Below are positions 1 through 7,076 of a stretch of 32,000 nucleotides of DNA, one piece after another. The notes below the pieces were generated by a model. It saw only the letters and a program-made list of their open reading frames with translations, was not told where the DNA came from and did no database searches. This DNA is from Breznakia sp. PF5-3 (GTDB lineage: Bacteria; Bacillota_I; Bacilli_A; Erysipelotrichales; Erysipelotrichaceae). The DNA lies in the NCBI RefSeq assembly GCF_029504745.1, contig NZ_JAQFIQ010000005.1, positions 1-32,000 of the forward strand, read 5' to 3'. How positions within the stretch are numbered: position 1 is the first letter of the stretch; each line of letters starts with the position of its first letter. Position numbers and translations under genes: made by a program.

Positions 1-79
1 TTATAGAGGATTCACCTCTGAAGCAAGACAATTGCACTTTTTTGATAGATTATAGTTAATTTTATTTAGCTATTGACAT

Positions 80-1594
80 CTAATAGTTTGTCTTTATTAT
101 AAAACGAACACTCGTTCCTTTATTCAATTCACTTTTAATATCAATATGAATATTGTGACGATCCGCAATTTCTTTCGCTATTGCCAATCCCAAGCCACTT
201 CCATTTGCATTGTTTTCATCTTTACTTGCATAAAAGTTCTTAAAAATATTAGGCAAGATGGAAGAATCAATACCACAACCATAATCCACCACTTCAATAA
301 TCTTATCATCTTTGTCTGCACGTACATCTATTTTACTAGCAACATTAGAAAACTTGATTGCATTATCGAAAACAATCATGAACATTTGACGAATTCGTGT
401 ATAATCTGCATGAATCATCCATACCTCATTAAGTTTATTATCATAGCATATCTCAATCTCTTTCTTCTTTGCAATCTGAGTGGATGATCGTAGTGCATCC
501 TCTACAACATCAAATACATTCACTTCGTTTTTCATAATCGAATAACTCGGATTTTGTAATCGTGATAGTTCTAATAGATCATTTACCATTCGCTCTAAAT
601 GCAAACTATCTGCCAGCATCTGTTGATAATACTCCTTGCGTTTATTCTCATCTTTTATAACACCATCATTTAATGCTTCTAAAGAACCACGAATGACTGT
701 AATTGGGGTTCTTAATTCATGTGAAATATTAGAAATGAAATCTTTTCTAGATTGTTCTAATATTTCAATATTCTTGGCTGATTCATCCAATTTTAAAGCT
801 AACATATCAATATGCTTTGCCAAAGAACCTAATTCATCATTTTGTTGGATATCTGTATGTGCTTTATAATCACCTTCCGCTAACTTTTGAGTGGTTGCCT
901 CCATCTTTTTTAAAGGATAAACAAAACGCTTCGCTAAAAGAATCGACAATCCGAAAATAAATAGGATAGCCACTCCAAAACTAATCATCAACACCGTAAT
1001 TCCTGAGCGTGATAATGCCTCAATTCCAGAGACTTCACTATGCAGTAATACCGCTGCAACAACATTATTATCTTTATCATATACAGGAGCTCCTGCTGTA
1101 ATTGTAGGATCTTCTAAAAGACCACTAAAATTATCACTCGTTACACTTTCTCCAGCAAAAACATCCTCTACCATCGTCTCAGCACTATCTGGCAAATCGG
1201 CATAACTAACTTCATGTTTTCCATGTCCTACTTGAATATTTTTGGTATCTCGATCAACAACCCAAACATTTCCTAATGTTGCATCATCAACAAATCGTAT
1301 GTATGCACCATATCCATTTTGTCCATTTTGTCCATTTTGACCTTGATTATTCGCTTGTCCTTTGCCATTCCCATGTCCATGAGAAGTTGTTTCATGCTCT
1401 TTCTCACTCTCTGCAAGTTCATAAGTACTCAATGTATCTGCAATATTTTCAGCGCGCTCTTTTAAATCATTTGAACTCGTATTTGTCGTTTGCGTCGAAA
1501 ACAAGTTTAAAAATAACAATCCTACAATGATTGCAAATAACAATAATAACCCTGTAAAGTATAAAACTAATTTTCTTGTAATCTTATGTTTCAT
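80..1594 (-). CDS. Sensor histidine kinase (TM, ~170-aa extracytoplasmic domain, TM, HAMP, HisKA, HATPase_c)
   Basis: Track ORF 80..1660. H-box FISNISHELRTPIT, N-box FDNAIKF, G1 DYGCGI, G2 GSGLGLAIAKE. Two hydrophobic helices (LVLYFTGLLLLFAIIVGLLFL and VLMISFGVAILFIFGLSILLA). Start trimmed to the ATG at 1594 (MKHKITRK), which overlaps the stop of the upstream response regulator by 11 nt. Confidence 0.9.
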   Translation of the reverse strand: MKHKITRKLVLYFTGLLLLFAIIVGLLFLNLFSTQTTNTSSNDLKERAENIADTLSTYELAESEKEHETTSHGHGNGKGQANNQGQNGQNGQNGYGAYIRFVDDATLGNVWVVDRDTKNIQVGHGKHEVSYADLPDSAETMVEDVFAGESVTSDNFSGLLEDPTITAGAPVYDKDNNVVAAVLLHSEVSGIEALSRSGITVLMISFGVAILFIFGLSILLAKRFVYPLKKMEATTQKLAEGDYKAHTDIQQNDELGSLAKHIDMLALKLDESAKNIEILEQSRKDFISNISHELRTPITVIRGSLEALNDGVIKDENKRKEYYQQMLADSLHLERMVNDLLELSRLQNPSYSIMKNEVNVFDVVEDALRSSTQIAKKKEIEICYDNKLNEVWMIHADYTRIRQMFMIVFDNAIKFSNVASKIDVRADKDDKIIEVVDYGCGIDSSILPNIFKNFYASKDENNANGSGLGLAIAKEIADRHNIHIDIKSELNKGTSVRFIIKTNY

Positions 1595-2282
1595 CTGTAA
1601 CTTCCTCAAATTTATAACCAACGCCCCAAATGGTAGTGATCTTCCAATGTTTATGTTCATAACGATCGAGCTTTGCTCGTAATCGTTTTATATGCGAATC
1701 TACCGTTCTACTATCACCATAGTAATCATATCCCCAAACGCTATCAAGTAGATTATCTCGTGTAAATACCTTATTTCTATTTGTTGCAAGAAGCCATAAC
1801 AATTCAATTTCTTTTTTGGTTAGCGAAAGCTTTTCTTCCGCAATCATAACTTCATAGCTTTCTAAGTCAATTTGCAAATTATCATATTGATAATGTTTTT
1901 GATCATCCTTTGATTCAAACGTATCCATGCGTCTTAAGATAGCTCTAACCCTTGCCATTACCTCATTTGGAGAAAAAGGTTTTACAATATAATCATCAGC
2001 ACCAATATCCAATCCCATAATCTTTTCAAAATCTTCCCCTCTTGCAGTAACCATAAGAATTGGTACATTTGAAGTTTTTCGAATTTTTCGACATACTTCA
2101 AATCCATCTAATTTTGGCATCATAACATCCAACAATAGAATATCTATGTTTTCTTCATCAAATATTTGTAATGCTGCTTCCCCATCATGGGCAAGAAAAA
2201 CAGTATATCCTTCTTGTAATGCATACTCACTTAAAATAGAAGTAATTTGTTTATTATCATCGGCTATTAATATCTGTGTCAT
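1584..2282 (-). CDS. OmpR/PhoB-family response regulator (receiver plus winged-helix DNA-binding domain)
   Basis: 232 aa. Receiver motifs ILIADD and LLLDVMMPKLDG (phospho-acceptor Asp), plus KPF. C-terminal wHTH RTVDSHIKRLRAKL ... TIWGVGYKF. GGAGG on the minus strand (2290..2294) lies 7 nt before the ATG. Confidence 0.92.
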   Translation of the reverse strand: MTQILIADDNKQITSILSEYALQEGYTVFLAHDGEAALQIFDEENIDILLLDVMMPKLDGFEVCRKIRKTSNVPILMVTARGEDFEKIMGLDIGADDYIVKPFSPNEVMARVRAILRRMDTFESKDDQKHYQYDNLQIDLESYEVMIAEEKLSLTKKEIELLWLLATNRNKVFTRDNLLDSVWGYDYYGDSRTVDSHIKRLRAKLDRYEHKHWKITTIWGVGYKFEEVTDET

Positions 2283-2380
2283 AAAGAAACCTCCTACCTT
2301 GTATAAGTATATCTTTAAATCTTGTCTTTTTTATGTCCTTTAATTTGACTTTATCATAAAAATAGAAAGAAAAAAACATC

Positions 2381-2396
2381 ATTCTGTCACAATTCT
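2381..2396. promoter_or_regulatory. Candidate response-regulator box: direct repeat ATTCT-N6-ATTCT (11-bp period) at the -35 position of the Cys-repeat gene
   Basis: attctgtcacaattct sits about 10 nt upstream of a weak -10-like TATAGA (2406..2411). No good -35 hexamer is present, as expected for an activator-dependent promoter. A 5-bp repeat in AT-rich DNA can arise by chance. Confidence 0.2.
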
Positions 2397-2437
2397 ATTT
2401 TAAACTATAGATGAAGATAACAAGAGGAGGAAATTTT

Positions 2438-2959
2438 ATGAAAAGAAAAATTATGATTATTGCATGTAGTTTTGTTTTAATTACTACGTTATTCGTACTT
2501 ATCACAAACAAAACTGAAGCAGCTACTGGAAAAGGTATTATGCAACATTGGGATTCTCAAACAAAAGAAAATCTAAAACAAAAAAAGCAAAGTACAAAAG
2601 CAGTGAAATCAAATGTTGCCCCTGATACAACAGTAGACACTTCAAATCAGCCTACACAAGCTGCTTGGGTTTGTCCAAACAATTGTAATGGTGGACCTTG
2701 TTCGAATGTAGATTGTCCAAATTACACAACTGCTTGGAGTTGCCCAAATAACTGTAATGGTGGATCTTGTTCGAATGCAGATTGTCCAAATTACACAGCT
2801 ACTTGGAACTGTCCAAACAACTGTAATGGCGGTGCTTGTTCAAATGCAAATTGTCCAAACTATGTGAATTCATCACAAACACCAAATGGAGGACAACACC
2901 ATGGTAATGATCGCCATAACCAATCAAATTCAGGTCGACACAAAAGTAGACATCACTAA
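2438..2959 (+). CDS. Secreted Cys-rich repeat protein: signal peptide, Lys/Thr/Gln-rich linker, 3 x 23-aa Cys4 repeats, His-rich C-terminal tail (no family recognised)
   Basis: Track ORF 2411..2959. Start moved to the ATG at 2438, 7 nt after AGAGGAGG (2423..2430). N-terminus MKRKIMIIACSFVLITTLFVLITNKTEA/A looks like a Sec signal with an AxA-type cleavage site. Repeats are AWVCPNNCNGGPCSNVDCPNYTT / AWSCPNNCNGGSCSNADCPNYTA / TWNCPNNCNGGACSNANCPNYVN. Tail is GGQHHGNDRHNQSNSGRHKSRHH. Followed by a strong hairpin terminator. Confidence 0.8.
   Translation: MKRKIMIIACSFVLITTLFVLITNKTEAATGKGIMQHWDSQTKENLKQKKQSTKAVKSNVAPDTTVDTSNQPTQAAWVCPNNCNGGPCSNVDCPNYTTAWSCPNNCNGGSCSNADCPNYTATWNCPNNCNGGACSNANCPNYVNSSQTPNGGQHHGNDRHNQSNSGRHKSRHH
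2663..2869 (+). repeat. Three in-frame tandem 69-bp repeats (2663..2731, 2732..2800, 2801..2869)
   Basis: Hand alignment gives 61/69 identical for repeat 1 vs 2 and 51/69 for repeat 2 vs 3. Several differences are synonymous changes in conserved Cys/Asn/Gly/Ser/Tyr codons (tgt/tgc, aac/aat, ggt/ggc, tcg/tca, tac/tat). Confidence 0.95.
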
Positions 2960-2986
2960 AAAATGCCATTAAAATGGCATTTTTTC
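2960..2986. terminator. Bidirectional intrinsic terminator shared by the convergent Cys-repeat gene and metA
   Basis: aaatgccat-taaa-atggcattt is a perfect 9-10 bp stem flanked by an A-run (2958..2963) and a T-run (2980..2986). The last codons and stop of metA (2969..) lie inside the hairpin. Confidence 0.75.
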
Positions 2987-3892
2987 TAATATATCTAAAT
3001 CATATGGTGTTTGTTGGTAAACATAATTCAACCAATTGTGATAAAACAAATTCGCATGGGCACGCCATGTACAAATAGGTTCCTTACTTGCATCGTTCTC
3101 TGGGAAATAATCAAATGGAATTTGAATATCGATTCCTTTTTCTAAATCACGATGATATTCCTTTACTAAGGTATCAGCATCATACTCTAGATGTCCTAGA
3201 ATGAAGATATGCCTTGCATCTTTCGACATAACCATATTCATTCCTGAAAGCGGTGATGAGGATAAAATTTCTAATTTATCATTGGCTTTCACCTTTTCTT
3301 CATCTATTCCTGTATACCTTGATTGTGGAGTATCGAATACATCATCAAAGCCATTCATAATAAAATGATTTGATTGTACTTGTTGCGCATAAATACCAAA
3401 CAATTTTTGATCATATTGCACTTTATCAATATCATAATGATAATATAAACCTGCTTGTGCACCCCAACAAATATGTACAGTAGAGAAGATATGACGTTTA
3501 CTCCAATTCATAATCGTACAAAGTTCTTCCCAATAATCTACTTCATTAAATGTAAGATGTTCTAAAGGTGCTCCTGTAATAACCATTGCATCATAACGAT
3601 TTTCATAAATCTCATCAAAATCTAAATAGAATTTTGATAAGTGACTCATGCTTGTATGCTTTGACACGTGTGATTTCATCTTTAGAAAATCAACATCAAT
3701 CTGTAATGGTGATTTACTGATCAATCTTAATAATTGTATTTCTGTATCAATTTTATTTGGCATTAAATTTAAAATTAATAATTTGATTGGTCTTATATCT
3801 TGATGAATTGCGCGTTCGTTATCAATGGCAAAGATATTTTCCTTATCTAATACATGTTTTGCTGGAAAATCATCCAATAATTTAATTGGCAT
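2969..3892 (-). CDS. metA: Homoserine O-acyltransferase (MetA family, acetyl- or succinyl-transferring)
   Basis: 307 aa. N-terminus MPIKLLDDFPA...NIF and the active-site region VHICWGAQAGLYYHY are typical of the MetA/HTS family. The start codon lies 1 nt after the metY stop, which suggests translational coupling. Confidence 0.9.
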   Translation of the reverse strand: MPIKLLDDFPAKHVLDKENIFAIDNERAIHQDIRPIKLLILNLMPNKIDTEIQLLRLISKSPLQIDVDFLKMKSHVSKHTSMSHLSKFYLDFDEIYENRYDAMVITGAPLEHLTFNEVDYWEELCTIMNWSKRHIFSTVHICWGAQAGLYYHYDIDKVQYDQKLFGIYAQQVQSNHFIMNGFDDVFDTPQSRYTGIDEEKVKANDKLEILSSSPLSGMNMVMSKDARHIFILGHLEYDADTLVKEYHRDLEKGIDIQIPFDYFPENDASKEPICTWRAHANLFYHNWLNYVYQQTPYDLDILEKMPF

Positions 3893-3893
3893 T

Positions 3894-5168
3894 CTACGCT
3901 TCTCCCAATGCCTTAAACGCTTGTTTTAAATCAGCAAGAATATCATCAATATGTTCAATACCACATGATAGACGTACCAATCCTGGAGTAATACCACAAT
4001 CCAATAATTGCTCATCACTTAATTGACGATGCGTAGAAGTAGCTGGATGTAAAATACAAGTACGGATATCAGCAACATGTACTTCCAATGAGATTAATTT
4101 TAAATTGTCAATTAATTTAGCAGCTCTTTCTCTTCCACCTTTTACGATAAAGGAAATAACCCCACAGCATCCATTTGGTAAATACTTTTGCGCTAGTTCA
4201 TGATATGGGTCACTTTCCAAGCCTGGAAAACTAACACTTTCTATTTCATCTTGGGCTTGTAAATATTTTGCTACATCTAATGCATTTGCATAATGTTTAT
4301 CCATACGTACTGTTAATGTTTCAATACCAGCATTCAATAAGAATGCATTTTGTGGAGCTGGGGTTGAACCCAAATCACGCATCAACTGTACTCTTGCTTT
4401 GGTAATGTATGCAAGTTCTTTAAACGTTTCTACATAACTAACTCCATGATATGTTTCATCTGGTTCTACCAATCCTGGGAATTTTCCATTATCCCAATTA
4501 AATTTTCCACTATCAATAATTACTCCACCAACTTGAAGTGCATGTCCATCTAGATATTTTGTTGTACTATGAGTCACAATATCTGCACCAAATTCAAATG
4601 GACGACAGAAATATGGAGTTGGGAAAGTATTGTCGATGATAAGCGGAACATCATTGTCATGTGCCAATTTCGCAAACTTCTCAATATCCAATACCGTCAA
4701 AGCGGGATTTGCTACTGTTTCTGCAAATACGGCTTTGGTATTTTTCTTAATATATTTTTGTAATTCTTCCAATGGTAAATCTTGATCTACAAAGGTAACT
4801 TCAATGCCAAACTTTTTTAATGTATGAGCAAATAAATTTACTGTTCCACCATAAATATAAGAGGAAGAAATGAAATGATCTCCACACTCTAAAATATTTA
4901 AAATGGCTAGAAAACTTGCAGCCTGTCCTGATGATGTACACAAAGCTCCAACTCCACCTTCTAAAGCAGCAAGCTTTTGTTCTACAGCATCAACGGTTGG
5001 ATTTGCTAAACGTGTATAGAAAAAACCAGGTGCTGTTAAATCAAATAGCTGTCCTACATATTCTGTAGAATCATACTTATACGTTGTACTTTGACAAATT
5101 GGTAGAACTCTAGGCTCTCCATTTTTCGGTTTATATCCTTCATGCAATACTTTTGTTTCTAATTTCAT
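3894..5168 (-). CDS. metY: O-acetylhomoserine sulfhydrylase (PLP-dependent Cys/Met-metabolism family)
   Basis: Track ORF 3894..5210. PLP-lysine motif HSTTKYLDGH. N-terminus KLETKVLHEGY...PRVLPICQSTTY is typical of the family. Start trimmed to the ATG at 5168 (MKLETK), 8 nt after a GAGAG Shine-Dalgarno-like element. The longer ORF would run into the leader terminator. Confidence 0.88.
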   Translation of the reverse strand: MKLETKVLHEGYKPKNGEPRVLPICQSTTYKYDSTEYVGQLFDLTAPGFFYTRLANPTVDAVEQKLAALEGGVGALCTSSGQAASFLAILNILECGDHFISSSYIYGGTVNLFAHTLKKFGIEVTFVDQDLPLEELQKYIKKNTKAVFAETVANPALTVLDIEKFAKLAHDNDVPLIIDNTFPTPYFCRPFEFGADIVTHSTTKYLDGHALQVGGVIIDSGKFNWDNGKFPGLVEPDETYHGVSYVETFKELAYITKARVQLMRDLGSTPAPQNAFLLNAGIETLTVRMDKHYANALDVAKYLQAQDEIESVSFPGLESDPYHELAQKYLPNGCCGVISFIVKGGRERAAKLIDNLKLISLEVHVADIRTCILHPATSTHRQLSDEQLLDCGITPGLVRLSCGIEHIDDILADLKQAFKALGEA

Positions 5169-5192
5169 TTCCATCACTCTCTTTCTTAAAAT

Positions 5193-5445
5193 AAAAAATC
5201 TTTCATCCAAATAGGACGAAAGATCGTGGTACCACCTATATTCGTTAATATTTCACAATATCAACCTCTTCAAGTACATGTTATATACTCTATCGCTGTA
5301 ACGAGCGAACACGTCACCTTCTAACATCATATGCTCGAAGGATGCTACTCCAAGACCATCTTCTACAATACTTCCTTTATTCCTTCTCACCTGCTGGAAC
5401 TCTCTTTAAAAGTAGATATCGTATACTCTTCTTTTCACAGTATTT
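5193..5445 (-). promoter_or_regulatory. T-box riboswitch leader controlling metY-metA (probably Met-tRNA responsive)
   Basis: On the minus strand: T-box core tataGGTGGTACCACGa (5225..5240). It is immediately followed by the terminator atctttcgtcc-tattt-ggatgaaagat plus TTTTTT (5193..5224). Upstream Stem-I-like elements are tgtgaaaagaagagta (GA/K-turn plus AGAGUA-like), aaagagag (AG bulge-like) and ttcc-agcaggtgagaa-ggaa (distal loop-like). Confidence 0.8.
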
Positions 5446-5458
5446 ATATTTGCTTATC

Positions 5459-5486
5459 ATTCTATCACAATGCTAAGCGATGTCAA
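5459..5486 (-). promoter_or_regulatory. Sigma-A type promoter of the T-box/metY-metA transcript
   Basis: Minus strand reads TTGACA (5481..5486), 16 nt spacer, TAGAAT (5459..5464). Confidence 0.6.
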
Positions 5487-5508
5487 TACTTTTTTTATTT
5501 TGTTTCTA

Positions 5509-6972
5509 TTACAATACTTTATCTAATGTCTTCTCTGATACCCATACGGATACGGAACCATCATTTACAGCAAAGTCTGCACAGCCATCTTCTTCAATTT
5601 CTAAACGTTCACTGCGGTTTCCCAAACAATCCACATAAATCTCACCAACATGTTGAGCCCCTATACTCATTCGTTTGACTCCACCTTTGGCATTCGTAAC
5701 AACTAATGCGACACCAGAATCTTCATGCTCTGTATCACCAAATCTGGTAAATCCAATGATATCAGGATGATCAAAATAGTCCATCTCAGGCCCATAAGCT
5801 AAGTATTTACGTACTTTTATCAATATCTCTAACTCTTTCCCCACAGGATCGATATCTTGCTTAGGGATCCCGAATAAGTCCCCAAAGAACACACAAGGAA
5901 TACCTTCATCCTTCAACAATATCAAAGCATATGCTTGTGGTTTAAACCAACCTTCAATCCATGATTCTAAGCTTTGTCCTGGTTGCGTATCATGATTATC
6001 AACAAAGGTAGTTGCCCAGTTGTGACGTGTCTGCAATAATGTATTCTCAAAAATATTACGCATATCAAAGCGTCCATCTGAATTTGATGCATGTTGTAAA
6101 TTAAAATGTAAAGGAACATCAAACAACGACATCATACCACCACAAGAATCCAAATAATTTTCTAACTTTTCTAAATCACCATTCCAATATTCACCAACCG
6201 CAAAAATATCTTTTCCAGCTTCAGAGCGACGATTTTTCAACCACTCAATAAAAAAGGAAAAACGAATATGCTTCACCGCATCTAGTCGATATCCATCAAC
6301 CTCACTCAACGCTTGATACCAATTCCCCCAACGATTCAATTGATCAACCGTTTCTGGATTATCCATATCAAGATCAGCTCCCATTAGATAATCAAAATTA
6401 CCATTTTCATTATCTACATTTTGCTCCCACTTCTTACCTTCAAATCCATAAATAGCTTCTTTTTGTGTGAATTCATCCCAATTTACACCTTTAAAGTTCT
6501 TCCAAGTCCAAACATAGTCATTATACATTCCATGTCTTTTAGGAAACGTAAATTTTGTCCATGCCTTTATTCTTTCAATACCACTCTCTTGTTGATTACG
6601 ATTAGTATCTAAAAACCGAATTGCATCCACTTCTTCAGTTTCATCTGCGCCAATAAAATGATCAAATACAATATCTGCATAAACTTCAAGTCCAACATCG
6701 TGCAATGCACGAATGGCATGCAAATATTGATCTTTCGTTCCATACTTTGTAGGAATAGCACCCTTTTGATCAAATTCTCCTAAATCATATAAATCATAAA
6801 CACCATATCCGACATCATGAATTCCTGCTGCCCCTTTATAAGCTGGAGGTAACCAAACACCATAAAAACCCATCTCTTTAAAACGGTGGGCATTTTCGAC
6901 AATATAATTCCAATGATTTGTATCTTCTGGCAAGTACCATTCAAAACCTTGCAAGATTGTTTTGTTCTCCAT
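5509..6972 (-). CDS. Cytoplasmic alpha-amylase, glycoside hydrolase family 13
   Basis: Track ORF 5509..7053. Start trimmed to the ATG at 6972 (MENKTILQGFEWYLP), preceded by AGGAG. GH13 regions are DIVFDH, GYRLDAVKHI (nucleophile Asp), FAVGEYW (acid/base Glu) and FVDNHD. No signal peptide. Confidence 0.9.
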   Translation of the reverse strand: MENKTILQGFEWYLPEDTNHWNYIVENAHRFKEMGFYGVWLPPAYKGAAGIHDVGYGVYDLYDLGEFDQKGAIPTKYGTKDQYLHAIRALHDVGLEVYADIVFDHFIGADETEEVDAIRFLDTNRNQQESGIERIKAWTKFTFPKRHGMYNDYVWTWKNFKGVNWDEFTQKEAIYGFEGKKWEQNVDNENGNFDYLMGADLDMDNPETVDQLNRWGNWYQALSEVDGYRLDAVKHIRFSFFIEWLKNRRSEAGKDIFAVGEYWNGDLEKLENYLDSCGGMMSLFDVPLHFNLQHASNSDGRFDMRNIFENTLLQTRHNWATTFVDNHDTQPGQSLESWIEGWFKPQAYALILLKDEGIPCVFFGDLFGIPKQDIDPVGKELEILIKVRKYLAYGPEMDYFDHPDIIGFTRFGDTEHEDSGVALVVTNAKGGVKRMSIGAQHVGEIYVDCLGNRSERLEIEEDGCADFAVNDGSVSVWVSEKTLDKVL

Positions 6973-7034
6973 ATATACTCCTATATTATTTCTATTATAC
7001 GTTTTTTTCATACTCACATGCAAACAATACGCGA

Positions 7035-7067
7035 CAAAAAAAGGACCTTCCATACTTGAAAAGTCCT
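7035..7067 (-). terminator. Intrinsic terminator after hydF
   Basis: Minus strand: aggacttt-tcaagtatg-gaaggtcct (8 bp with one mismatch) followed by TTTTTTT. Located 10 nt after the hydF stop. Confidence 0.65.
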
Positions 7068-7076
7068 AAATACTTA

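Noticed and set aside
1-79. Short hairpin agagg-attca-cctct downstream of the kinase stop as a terminator
   Set aside because: The stem is only 5 bp with no following U-run on the minus strand. The window edge prevents seeing the real 3' context.
73-101. Plus-strand promoter-like TTGACA-16/17-TATTAT at the 3' end of the kinase gene
   Set aside because: It would drive antisense transcription into the kinase with no plus-strand gene to express. This is likely a chance match in AT-rich sequence. It sits at the window edge, so the context is unknown.
1595-1660. N-terminal extensions given by the longest-ORF calls (HK 1595..1660, metY 5169..5210, amylase 6973..7053, hydG 9683..9730, TM1266-like 10975..11019, flavoprotein 16859..16900, methyltransferase 23419..23451, lspA 20265..20276, ABC 13416..13424)
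   Set aside because: In each case an internal ATG is preceded by a properly spaced Shine-Dalgarno sequence and yields the family-typical N-terminus. The extensions would run through RBSs, terminators or upstream genes.
2438-2470. Possible lipobox (IIAC) at residues 7-10 of the Cys-repeat protein
   Set aside because: The Cys comes only 5 hydrophobic residues after the charged n-region and is followed by 13 more hydrophobic residues. It therefore lies inside the h-region. An SPase-I site after TEA is more consistent.
2663-2869. Resemblance of CPNN..C..C motifs to the plant hevein/chitin-binding type-1 domain (which, from memory, also contains CPNN)
   Set aside because: Only a tetrapeptide is shared. 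The cysteine number and spacing differ (4 per 23 aa here against 8 per ~40 aa). Not enough to call homology, so it is left as something a profile search could test.
5193-5452. SAM-I (S-box) riboswitch upstream of metY
   Set aside because: I could not find the S-box conserved core. The leader instead contains the GGTGGTACC T-box motif fused to a terminator, so it is called as a T-box.
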